Both the position numbers and the translations under genes were made by a program. A stretch of 47,074 bases of DNA from Bacteroidota bacterium (GTDB taxonomy: Bacteria > Bacteroidota > Bacteroidia > Chitinophagales > Chitinophagaceae): contig JAPLER010000096.1 in assembly GCA_026391115.1 (NCBI GenBank), forward strand, positions 2,097 to 49,170, read 5' to 3'. The notes under the pieces were generated by a model that did not search any database, had not been told where the DNA came from, and saw nothing but the letters and a program-made list of their open reading frames with translations. This document shows, one piece after another, positions 18,324-26,439 of this stretch (position 1 is the first letter of the stretch; each line of letters opens with the position of its first letter).

Positions 18324-19262
18324 ATGAGACATTTTTTTACTAAACATATTATTGTTTTGTGTATATCAATATTGAGTTTTTTTTCTGCAAAAACCCAAAC
18401 AGATACCGCATTTCAACAACTTTTAGATTCTATAAATCTTGATGATATATTTGGAAAGGAAGTAAAAAAATCATCATTTAAAATTCAGACAAGCTACTTA
18501 ACAAACTATGTATATGGTGGCAGAAAAGATTCTTCTACTTTATATCCATATTTTACACCTAGTTTAGAATACACGCATAAATCTGGTTTTTTTGTTGGCG
18601 GTAGTTTTTCTTTTTTAACAAATGATAATTCAAGATTAGATGCAACAAATCTTGAATTAGGATATTCAACTGATAGTATAGGAAAATTTAGTTTAAGTGC
18701 TTACTTAAATAAATCGTTCTACAATTCTAAAAGTCAAAATGTACAAAGCGATGTTGGATTAACAGTTGGAGCACAAATTGGATACGATGCTAAAATTGTA
18801 AATATAATAGCTGCACCAAGTTTAATGATTGGTAGCAATAAAGATTTTGCATTGACATTATCTGTTGAAAAATTAATTTATTTAAAAGAAACAGATAAAT
18901 CAACATTATCAATCAATCCAGATATTGCTACATATTTTGGTGGTACTGGGTTTTATCAATCCAATAAACTGAGAGGCAAGAAAAATTCAGCTCCACAACA
19001 AGGAGCAACGCTTGTAGTTACATCTCCCAAAAAATTTCAAATGTTGTCTTATGAGTTTGGACTTCCTATTTATTTCGACAAAGAAAAATGGGGTTTATTT
19101 ATAACGCCAACTTACGCAATAGCTGTAAATCCTGTTGTGGCATCTTATAAACTAGTTGGTCCAAATGGTAATCAAATACCTGGTGCAAATACAAGTGGAA
19201 ATATTACAGAAAAAATAGAAAATTCTTTTTTTGCTGAAATTGGTCTTTATTATAAGTTTTAA
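18324..19262 (+). CDS. Hypothetical outer-membrane beta-barrel-like protein
   Basis: 312 aa. It has a signal peptide, alternating aromatic/polar beta pattern, and a C-terminal ...GLYYKF aromatic end typical of OMPs. It starts 8 nt after osmC. Confidence 0.6.
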   Translation: MRHFFTKHIIVLCISILSFFSAKTQTDTAFQQLLDSINLDDIFGKEVKKSSFKIQTSYLTNYVYGGRKDSSTLYPYFTPSLEYTHKSGFFVGGSFSFLTNDNSRLDATNLELGYSTDSIGKFSLSAYLNKSFYNSKSQNVQSDVGLTVGAQIGYDAKIVNIIAAPSLMIGSNKDFALTLSVEKLIYLKETDKSTLSINPDIATYFGGTGFYQSNKLRGKKNSAPQQGATLVVTSPKKFQMLSYEFGLPIYFDKEKWGLFITPTYAIAVNPVVASYKLVGPNGNQIPGANTSGNITEKIENSFFAEIGLYYKF

Positions 19263-19717
19263 ATTAAACCAAATTGTTTGGCATGGTGATGTAAATGTTT
19301 GTAATGCAAAAGCACCCACTCATCAAAATTCAATTCTCCAAAAGCTGGATGAAGTGTGGTTTTTAATTTATTTTCTTTAAAAAAATTAAAGAATTCATTT
19401 GTTTCTGTTTTTAATTCTTCTATTGCATTTTGCATTGTTATATTTCTTGTTACAAAAGGTTCTTCAGGCAATACAGGTGCTTTTGTATTTTCTTTAAATG
19501 TTTTATCGCTCAATAAAAATTCTTTGTATTTAGGCAAATGTTCAATTGGAGTTATTAAAGGAAAAAGAACTTTGCCAGTTGACACTTTAAAAAAATCAGT
19601 AATGTGTTCTACCATTTGTTGTGCATTCATTTTGCCCCAATTACTAGTGCTTGTTACATTTAATGATGATACAAGTTCTGTAAATTCTGTTTGAATAAAT
19701 TCAATTTTATGTTCCAT
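19259..19717 (-). CDS. DUF1569 / DinB-superfamily protein
   Basis: 152 aa. C-terminal HYKHLHHHAKQFGLI. Its stop overlaps the convergent stop in TTAA. Confidence 0.6.
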   Translation of the reverse strand: MEHKIEFIQTEFTELVSSLNVTSTSNWGKMNAQQMVEHITDFFKVSTGKVLFPLITPIEHLPKYKEFLLSDKTFKENTKAPVLPEEPFVTRNITMQNAIEELKTETNEFFNFFKENKLKTTLHPAFGELNFDEWVLLHYKHLHHHAKQFGLI

Positions 19718-19801
19718 AAATATAAATTGGTTACAAATTAAGGCTGTTTATAATTTATATTTTGCATATTAAAAACCTTGTAGCCATTGTTTTCAAACGC
19801 C

Positions 19802-19809
19802 TAAATTTG
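19802..19809 (+). promoter_or_regulatory. -7 promoter box TAaaTTTG
   Basis: Exact TAnnTTTG match 18 nt upstream of the ATG at 19828. Confidence 0.45.
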
Positions 19810-19827
19810 CCAACTTAAAATTATATA

Positions 19828-20478
19828 ATGAAGTTTTACAATACGATTATTCGTTACAGGTTTTGGTTAAGTTTAATAGGTTTAGCATTGGCTATTTTAG
19901 TTACTTATTTATCTGGCTTTTGGCCGGCATTTATATTGTATTTTATTAGTGTTATTGGTTTGTTTAGCCACTTTTTTGTAGGGCCACTACGATTGGTACA
20001 AGAGCCAATGGAAGCTGGCAATATGGAAGAAGTTGAGAGGATATTAGCAGGAATTAAATTTCCTAATTTGTTGTACAAACCTATACGCAGCACATATTAC
20101 ACACTAAAAGGAAATATGGCAATGATGAAGCAAGATTTTGATGGTGCAGAAAAACATTTAAAAATGAGTAGTGCCCTGGGCTCGCCAATGCCTGAAGCTG
20201 AAGGTGCAAATAAGTTACAGTTGGGAATGATGAGTTTACAAAAAGGCGATTTTAAACAAGGCGAAAGTTATATACGTGCAGCTATTCGTTTAGGTATTAG
20301 CGATAAAGAAAGTGAGGCAATTGCTTATTTAAGTATGTGCCAAATTTTTATGAATAAAAGAGAGTTTAGAGCAGCTAAAGATTATTTCAGAAAAGCTAAA
20401 GCTTGCAAGCCAACTGCAAAACAAACAGTTGATCAAATTAAAGAAGTAGAAAAATATATTAGTAGAATTCCAGGATAA
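19828..20478 (+). CDS. Membrane-anchored TPR-like hypothetical protein
   Basis: 216 aa. Two N-terminal TM helices are followed by helical repeats with A/K/Y spacing. Confidence 0.6.
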   Translation: MKFYNTIIRYRFWLSLIGLALAILVTYLSGFWPAFILYFISVIGLFSHFFVGPLRLVQEPMEAGNMEEVERILAGIKFPNLLYKPIRSTYYTLKGNMAMMKQDFDGAEKHLKMSSALGSPMPEAEGANKLQLGMMSLQKGDFKQGESYIRAAIRLGISDKESEAIAYLSMCQIFMNKREFRAAKDYFRKAKACKPTAKQTVDQIKEVEKYISRIPG

Positions 20479-20526
20479 ACAATGATTAATTGTTAAATAT
20501 TAATTATTAGTGAGTAAGGATTTTAA

Positions 20527-20557
20527 ATTCTTAACTCATAATTCTTAACTCATAATT
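20527..20557. repeat. Tandem 14-bp repeat ATTCTTAACTCATA, x2 plus a partial third copy
   Basis: Units at 20527-20540 and 20541-20554 are identical, followed by ATT. The repeat ends 8 nt before the serS GTG start. Confidence 0.9.
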
Positions 20558-20564
20558 TACAAAA

Positions 20565-21836
20565 GTGTTACAAATAAGTGTACTAAAAAATAATCCAGAC
20601 TTAGTAAAAGAAAGATTGGCTGTTAAGCATTTTAAACAACTAGAATTGGTTGATGAAATTATTGCTTTGGATGATGAAAGGAGAAAAGCACAAGTAGAGT
20701 TTGATAATACACAAGCCAAGATTAACGCTGCTTCTAAAGAAATTGGAAAGTTAATGGCTACAGGTAAAAAAGAAGAAGCAGAACAATTAAAATCAGATGT
20801 TGGAGTTTGGAAATTAGAAGTTGCAAAACATAGTGAGGCATTAGAACAATTAGAAAAAAAAGTGACAGATGCTTTAGTACAATTGCCAAACTTACCTTGC
20901 GAAAAAGTGCCAATTGGTAAAACGCCAGAAGAAAATATTAATGTAAAACAAGCTGGCGAGATACCTACACTTTATGAAGGTGCAAAACCTCATTGGGATT
21001 TAATAAAACAATACAATTTAGTTGACTTTGAGACTGGTGCAAAAATTACAGGTAGTGGTTTTCCTTTGTACAAAGGGAAAGGTGCCAAATTGCAACGAGC
21101 CTTGTCTCAATATTTCTTAGACTTCAATACAGCTGCTGGTTATACAGAATTTATTCCACCTTATATGGTAAATGAAGCTAGTGCTTATGGCACTGGTCAG
21201 TTGCCAGATAAAGAAGGTCAAATGTATCACGCAACTGCCGATAATTTTTATTTGATACCAACTGCTGAAGTACCTGTTACCAATATTTACAGAGATACGA
21301 TTTTAAAAGAAACGGATTTGCCAATTAAAATGACTGCTTATTCTCCTTGTTTTCGAAGAGAAGCAGGAAGTTTTGGTAGCGATGTTCGTGGTTTAAATCG
21401 AGTTCATCAATTTGAAAAAGTAGAAATCATTCAAATTGTTGAGCTAAGCAAAAGTTATGAAGTGTTGGATGAAATGGTTGCTCACGTTGAAAAATTAATA
21501 CAAAGTCTTGAATTGCCCTATAGAATTTTGGCTCTTTGTGGTGGTGATATGAGTTTTGCAAGTGCTTTAACTTATGACTTTGAAGTATATAGTGCAGCAC
21601 AACAAAAATGGCTAGAAGTAAGTAGCGTCAGCAACTTTGAAGCTTTTCAAACCAACAGAATGAAATGCAGATATAAAAACGCAGAAGGTAAAATGCAATT
21701 TGCACATTCATTAAATGGTAGTTCATTGGCATTGCCAAGAATTTATGCTTCACTAATAGAAAATAATCAAACAGAAAATGGTATAAAAATTCCTAAAGTA
21801 TTGCAACCATATTTTGGTAGTGATGCGATTGTATAA
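20565..21836 (+). CDS. serS: Serine--tRNA ligase
   Basis: 423 aa with a GTG start. It has the N-terminal coiled-coil arm and class II motifs FRREAGS and GSSLALPR. Confidence 0.95.
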   Translation: MLQISVLKNNPDLVKERLAVKHFKQLELVDEIIALDDERRKAQVEFDNTQAKINAASKEIGKLMATGKKEEAEQLKSDVGVWKLEVAKHSEALEQLEKKVTDALVQLPNLPCEKVPIGKTPEENINVKQAGEIPTLYEGAKPHWDLIKQYNLVDFETGAKITGSGFPLYKGKGAKLQRALSQYFLDFNTAAGYTEFIPPYMVNEASAYGTGQLPDKEGQMYHATADNFYLIPTAEVPVTNIYRDTILKETDLPIKMTAYSPCFRREAGSFGSDVRGLNRVHQFEKVEIIQIVELSKSYEVLDEMVAHVEKLIQSLELPYRILALCGGDMSFASALTYDFEVYSAAQQKWLEVSSVSNFEAFQTNRMKCRYKNAEGKMQFAHSLNGSSLALPRIYASLIENNQTENGIKIPKVLQPYFGSDAIV

Positions 21837-21896
21837 TCTTATCAATTAATTTAATTTTTAATTTGGAATATTTGCACACCCTTAATTGTATATCTT

Positions 21897-22184
21897 ATGA
21901 CTCCCAAAGAATTATTTTACGTTAGGCTTATTTGTGGTTTTTTTATTATTTTTGCTTTTATTGTTAAGTTTTCATTTTGGAAAAATGCAAAAAACAACGA
22001 AAGTAAAATAAAAATAAAAGGCTTTCTAAATCATATTTTTATTTGGTATTCTTTATATGATATGTTCGATTCAACAAATCAGGAAGTAAAAGATTTTATG
22101 AAAGCCAATAACAATACAAATAAATTTATTTGGATTTCTGGAGCACTGATTGTTATTTCATTTCTATTTCAGCCACAAGTTTAA
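21897..22184 (+). CDS. Small hypothetical membrane protein
   Basis: 95 aa with two or three hydrophobic helices. Confidence 0.5.
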   Translation: MTPKELFYVRLICGFFIIFAFIVKFSFWKNAKNNESKIKIKGFLNHIFIWYSLYDMFDSTNQEVKDFMKANNNTNKFIWISGALIVISFLFQPQV

Positions 22185-22211
22185 TACAGTAACTTAAAGT
22201 ACTGTTCAAAT

Positions 22212-22247
22212 AAAAAAGGCTATGATTATCATGTCATAGCCTTTTTT
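22212..22247. terminator. Bidirectional intrinsic terminator
   Basis: AAAAAAGGCTATGA-loop-TCATAGCCTTTTTT between the convergent genes ending at 22184 (+) and 22267 (-). Confidence 0.85.
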
Positions 22248-22266
22248 AATAACCTAAAATTATAGC

Positions 22267-22923
22267 TTAGTATCCATTTAAATTACTTTTACCACCAACA
22301 CCAGGTTCAACTTTTCCTTTACCATCTCCAATCTCTTCATCAAGTTGTTTAATCATTAATTTTACTTCGCCAATAGCTCCACCACCTTCGCTGCCTGCTT
22401 TGTAAGTGCTATTGTTATAAGTAACTTCATTGTTACCCATTTTATCTACTTTATCTGGCTGAAAAATAAAAAACTTTGGAGAAGCATTGTTATTGATAAA
22501 CTTAAGCGTACTACCTGCACGTCCAAAATTTAGACGCACACCATCCGATTCAACACTTTCAATCATTGCACCAACAAGTGGAGTTATTAATAATGTATTA
22601 TCTGCCAATCCTTTTCTTTCAATTAATATTCCATCAGGTCCAACTTCCATCGTTGAATTATTGGTAATTTTATTTAGCACAATCGTCTTATCTACATAAA
22701 AAATTAATTTTTTAATATCAACACCTCTGTCTCTCATTTTAAAAAATAGTTCACGTGTAAATGGCACTAAATTTCCTTTAGGAGGCTCTATTTTAGGCAT
22801 TTGAATTTTTGGAGGCTCAACAACCGGCGTACTAACAACAGCTTTCTTTTTTGGTGCACAAGCCAATAAAATACAACTTGATACAACGCCTACTAAAATG
22901 GTTTTTGTTTTATTATAATTCAT
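22267..22923 (-). CDS. Hypothetical lipoprotein
   Basis: 218 aa. Lipobox CILLACAPKKK, a PKIxxPK repeat, and a Gly-rich tail. Confidence 0.65.
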   Translation of the reverse strand: MNYNKTKTILVGVVSSCILLACAPKKKAVVSTPVVEPPKIQMPKIEPPKGNLVPFTRELFFKMRDRGVDIKKLIFYVDKTIVLNKITNNSTMEVGPDGILIERKGLADNTLLITPLVGAMIESVESDGVRLNFGRAGSTLKFINNNASPKFFIFQPDKVDKMGNNEVTYNNSTYKAGSEGGGAIGEVKLMIKQLDEEIGDGKGKVEPGVGGKSNLNGY

Positions 22924-22997
22924 AAAAACTATTTAATGCAATATATTGTTTTAATTAATTATCAAATGTATTGTGAATTTATTGTTCTATGTTAAGT

Positions 22998-23636
22998 TTA
23001 ATTAACAAAAGGGTTAAATTCTTTTTCGTGTTTAATAAGTGTATATTGTCCATGACCAGCATAAACAATTGTTTCATCTGGTAAAGTAAATATTTTTTCT
23101 TTAATATTCTTAATTAAATCGTTGTGATTACACATTGGTAAATCTGTTCTACCAATACTTTCATAAAACAAAACATCGCCACCAATTAAAAAACTTTGTT
23201 GTTTGCTATATAAACAAATATGACCAGGACTATGACCTGGAGCTTCTATAACTATCAATTCATCTTCATCTATTTTAACAACATCTTTTTCTTTAATAAA
23301 AGTAAAACTACCATTATACTGTGTTAATTCTACACCCCAACGTAAAGCTGCTTGCGGTGCATTTTGATACATAATTTCTTCGTTTTTATGAAACGTAGGT
23401 TGCACCTTAAAAGTATTACAAACAAAGGCATTGCCAAAAACGTGATCTATGTGACAATGCGTATTAATAAGTTGTATTACTTTTAAACTGTTATCAATTA
23501 TAAATTGCTGCAATTGTGTGTCTTCTTCAATAAAATAATTACCAGGGTCTATAATTATAGCCTTCTTATTTTCATTGTGTAAAATATATGTATTTTCTTG
23601 AAAAGGGTTGAAAGTAAACTGCTGAATCTGTAACAT
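22998..23636 (-). CDS. MBL-fold metallo-hydrolase (glyoxalase II-like)
   Basis: ORF 22998-23720. The likely start is the Met at 23636 (MLQIQQFTFNPFQENTY). It has the NTHCHIDHVFGN (HxHxDH) motif and GHSPGH. Confidence 0.85.
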   Translation of the reverse strand: MLQIQQFTFNPFQENTYILHNENKKAIIIDPGNYFIEEDTQLQQFIIDNSLKVIQLINTHCHIDHVFGNAFVCNTFKVQPTFHKNEEIMYQNAPQAALRWGVELTQYNGSFTFIKEKDVVKIDEDELIVIEAPGHSPGHICLYSKQQSFLIGGDVLFYESIGRTDLPMCNHNDLIKNIKEKIFTLPDETIVYAGHGQYTLIKHEKEFNPFVN

Positions 23637-23651
23637 TTTATTATTTGTATG

Positions 23652-23659
23652 CAAACTTA
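23652..23659 (-). promoter_or_regulatory. -7 promoter box TAagTTTG (minus strand)
   Basis: The complement of CAAACTTA, 15 nt upstream of the MBL start at 23636. Confidence 0.4.
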
Positions 23660-23694
23660 TAGCCAATTGTATGTTATTTATTAAACGAAATATA

Positions 23695-23702
23695 TACATT
23701 TG
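23695..23702 (+). promoter_or_regulatory. -7 promoter box TAcaTTTG
   Basis: Exact TAnnTTTG match 33 nt upstream of the ATG at 23736. Confidence 0.45.
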
Positions 23703-23735
23703 AAATATTAACAATAACAACCAAAAAACTAACTT

Positions 23736-24230
23736 ATGGTCAAGAAAATTTTATGTATTGCATTTATTGCAATAATGCTAGTATCATGTAAAACAAAAAA
23801 TGCTTTCAACTACAGCCAAGACATTGTAAAAAAAGAAACAGCATTAGTACCAGCCATTGAAAAGGCAGAGAATGAAGTTGCTGCATTTATTGAAAAAGAG
23901 ATGTATGATAGTGTAATCTTAGCATCAAAAAGAATGGAAACTTTAGTGCAAAAATCTATTGACGAAATAAAAGCAACACCTGCACCAGAAGCAACTGGAG
24001 GCGATGCTTTTAAAGCTGCATCGTTAAGATATTTTGAGTATTTGAAAAGCATTTACACTTCTTATGTTAATTATGGTAAAGCTGCTACAGAAGAAGATAG
24101 ACAGACAAGCGTTACAGCAATGATGGCTATTGTAGATAAAAAACAAAGTGCAATTGATGATATGCAGGGAGCTCAAAGAAAATTTGCAAAAGCAAATGGT
24201 TTTCAAATTGAAGGAGAAGGTAAGAAGTAA
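23736..24230 (+). CDS. Hypothetical helical lipoprotein
   Basis: 164 aa. Lipobox IMLVSCKTKN. It is the first gene of a tight three-gene operon. Confidence 0.65.
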   Translation: MVKKILCIAFIAIMLVSCKTKNAFNYSQDIVKKETALVPAIEKAENEVAAFIEKEMYDSVILASKRMETLVQKSIDEIKATPAPEATGGDAFKAASLRYFEYLKSIYTSYVNYGKAATEEDRQTSVTAMMAIVDKKQSAIDDMQGAQRKFAKANGFQIEGEGKK

Positions 24231-24235
24231 AAATT

Positions 24236-24730
24236 ATGCAAAAAATAAAATATCTTTTTTTAATTGTTGTAAGTATCTTAATGCTGTCGTTTACGCCACG
24301 CTGCAATAGTGTTGGTATAAAAAGGGTATGGTTGTTTTCTAAACAGCAATTTGCTGGTATAGTAAGATTAGATGAAGATGGAAAAAAATCAAAAGGTCAT
24401 TGGCATAACCACGCTATAATTCTTGAGCTTAAAGAAGGAAATGTTATAACTTGGGATAGCATTGTTTATCAAAACAAAACCTATGAGATATCTTCTTCAA
24501 TAATTAAACAACCAACATTTAATGCAGGGAAAATTAGCGATGATAGAAGTGTTGTTGTAGCAGCAAAAAAAAATCGATATCTGGTACAAGTACAAATACA
24601 AAATTTGGATGTTCCCTTTGAAAATAATGTAGAATATGAATTTACTTTATATGGAACAAAAAATAACGAGAAAGTAAATTATAATTTTACTTCAAAAAAT
24701 GTAAACCTAATGCCAGATATGTATCAATAA
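24236..24730 (+). CDS. Hypothetical exported protein
   Basis: 164 aa. It has an N-terminal hydrophobic signal and starts 5 nt after the previous stop. Confidence 0.6.
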   Translation: MQKIKYLFLIVVSILMLSFTPRCNSVGIKRVWLFSKQQFAGIVRLDEDGKKSKGHWHNHAIILELKEGNVITWDSIVYQNKTYEISSSIIKQPTFNAGKISDDRSVVVAAKKNRYLVQVQIQNLDVPFENNVEYEFTLYGTKNNEKVNYNFTSKNVNLMPDMYQ

Positions 24731-24734
24731 TTAT

Positions 24735-25304
24735 ATGATGTTACTTGTTTCAGGCATTAGCTTTATAGGCTGTGTAGTGTGCTTTTTTATTGGCATAAAG
24801 CAAAAAAAATTAATCCTTATTTTAATTGCTATACTAATGTTTATGACCACACTATTTTGTGGCTTATTGTTCGTTTTTAAAACATCTAAATTATTTTATT
24901 CCAAAACAAAAAATAAAATAGATCAAAATCTAAAACCTAGAACAGGTACAGAAATATATAACGATTTATTCGGTAAACCTAGTTACAACTGTGTTAAAGT
25001 GCTTCGATTTAAAGACCAAATCGTACCAAGAATTGATGTTTCTATTTGTCTTGAATTTGAAACCTGTCCAATGGAATTAAAAAGAGTTTTGAGTTTGGAT
25101 AATTATAAAATAAGATTACATCAAACAATAGATACAACTACTATAAACTATGCTAGTGACCAGCCTTATTGGATTAATGTAAAAACATTAGGAAATGGTT
25201 TTTATGAAGCTATTTTTATAGATGAAATGCATCCTGGCCAAAGCAAAATATTGTGTTTTAATAAAGATAGCACCAAAGCTTTTTACTGCGATATTTCAGA
25301 TTAA
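24735..25304 (+). CDS. Hypothetical membrane-anchored protein
   Basis: 189 aa. It has two N-terminal TM helices and starts 4 nt after the previous stop. Confidence 0.6.
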   Translation: MMLLVSGISFIGCVVCFFIGIKQKKLILILIAILMFMTTLFCGLLFVFKTSKLFYSKTKNKIDQNLKPRTGTEIYNDLFGKPSYNCVKVLRFKDQIVPRIDVSICLEFETCPMELKRVLSLDNYKIRLHQTIDTTTINYASDQPYWINVKTLGNGFYEAIFIDEMHPGQSKILCFNKDSTKAFYCDISD

Positions 25305-25346
25305 TTTTTCAATTATACTTTCGTAAAAAATACAACATGCAACTAA

Positions 25347-25687
25347 AGGAAGTATAAACTATATCGCAAACCTTCTGAAGCATTAAACTTTGCAGGTTTT
25401 AGTAATTACCACGATCCTCAAAACAAGCAAAGCGTTACGAAGTAATTTTAGAATATGGAGATACGTTATTTATGCCTGCTGTTTATTGGCATCATATGGA
25501 ATACTTAGATAGTGATTTTGCAATGAGTTTGTGAGCATTACAAAATACTACTGTTGGCAAACTAAATGGAGTTTGGAATTTATTTGGAATGAGAAGTGTA
25601 AATACTATACTTAAAAAAACTGTACCCAAAACTTGGTATCAATGGAAAGAAAAAAAGGTTTTTGAAAGAGCAACCAAATTTATTTAA
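25347..25687 (+). pseudogene. Remnant of a cupin-like (JmjC/cupin_8-type) gene: N-terminally truncated, frameshifted, with an in-frame TGA at 25532-25534
   Basis: My own translation reads ...RYEVILEYGDTLFMPAVYWHHMEYLDSDFAMSL*ALQNTTVGKLNGVWNLFGMRSVNTILKKTVPKTWYQWKEKKVFERATKFI. An upstream piece (YKLYRKPSEALNFAGFSNYHDPQNKQ) lies in a different frame. No ORF appears in the track here. Confidence 0.65.
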
Positions 25688-26361
25688 TCATCCAATAAAT
25701 CAGGTCTGCGTTGTTTTGTTCTTTCTAGTGATTGTTCATATCGCCAATCTTCAATGATTTTTGGATTACCAGTTAAAAGTATTTCAGGAATTTTCCAACC
25801 ATTAAAATTTTCTGGTCTGGTGTAAACTGGTGGTGCCAACAAATTATCTTGAAAGGAATCTGTAAGTGCCGATGTTTCATCGTTTAATACTCCAGGAATT
25901 AGTCTACCTACAGCATCTACAATTATTGCAGCAGCAAGCTCTCCACCACTTAACACATAATCTCCTACACTAATTTCTTTTGTAACATAATAATCTCTTA
26001 TTCGTTGGTCAATACCTTTATAATGTCCACAAATAATCAAAACATTTTCTAATAAACTTAATTGATTGGCAGCTTGTTGATTAAAATTTTTGCCATCGGG
26101 CGTTACATAAATAATTTCATCAAACTTAGTTTGTTGTTGCAGTTCTTCAATAGCTTTTACCAATGGTTCACACATAATCACCATTCCTGCACCACCACCA
26201 TACTGATAATCATCCACTTGATTATGTTTATTAATAGCCCATTTGCGTAAGTTATGTACAGTTACATTTAATAAACCTCTTTCATTTGCTCTTCTTAAAA
26301 TACTATGATTAAAGGGGCTGTCTAAAAGTTCTGGAACAACAGATAAAATGTGAATATTCAT
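25684..26361 (-). CDS. trmD: tRNA (guanine37-N1)-methyltransferase
   Basis: 225 aa. DDYQYGGGAGMV, ICGHYKGIDQRI and SVGDYVLSGGELAA are the SPOUT/TrmD motifs. Confidence 0.95.
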   Translation of the reverse strand: MNIHILSVVPELLDSPFNHSILRRANERGLLNVTVHNLRKWAINKHNQVDDYQYGGGAGMVIMCEPLVKAIEELQQQTKFDEIIYVTPDGKNFNQQAANQLSLLENVLIICGHYKGIDQRIRDYYVTKEISVGDYVLSGGELAAAIIVDAVGRLIPGVLNDETSALTDSFQDNLLAPPVYTRPENFNGWKIPEILLTGNPKIIEDWRYEQSLERTKQRRPDLLDD

Positions 26362-26369
26362 ATATAATA

Positions 26370-26377
26370 CAAATGTA
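26370..26377 (-). promoter_or_regulatory. -7 promoter box TAcaTTTG (minus strand), 8 nt from the trmD ATG
   Basis: The complement of CAAATGTA. The trmD start is at 26361. Confidence 0.4.
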
Positions 26378-26418
26378 GTGTTTCATTATAAATCGCTTAA
26401 GCTAAAATATTTAGTATT

Positions 26419-26434
26419 TATATTTGTACAAATA
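26419..26434 (+). promoter_or_regulatory. -7 box TAtaTTTG (26419-26426) overlapping the perfect 14-bp palindrome TATTTGTACAAATA (26421-26434)
   Basis: I read both directly from the sequence. The palindrome ends 5 nt before the polymerase ATG at 26440. Confidence 0.5.
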
Positions 26435-26439
26435 ATTTT

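Noticed and set aside
21063-21076. A 14-bp perfect palindrome CCTTTGTACAAAGG inside serS, considered as a regulatory site.
   Set aside because: It lies in-frame in the conserved coding sequence (FPLYKGK). It is most likely a coincidence of codon choice, and I mention it only as a motif recurrence.
22998-23720. N-terminally extended ORF calls in the track: 23720, 1885, 2330, 8295, 34127, 42512, 4324 and 13697.
   Set aside because: In each case an internal ATG gives a canonical N-terminus (a signal peptide or the conserved family start) and removes overlap with a neighbouring gene or promoter. The extensions are Phe/Ile/Leu-rich translations of AT-rich leader DNA.
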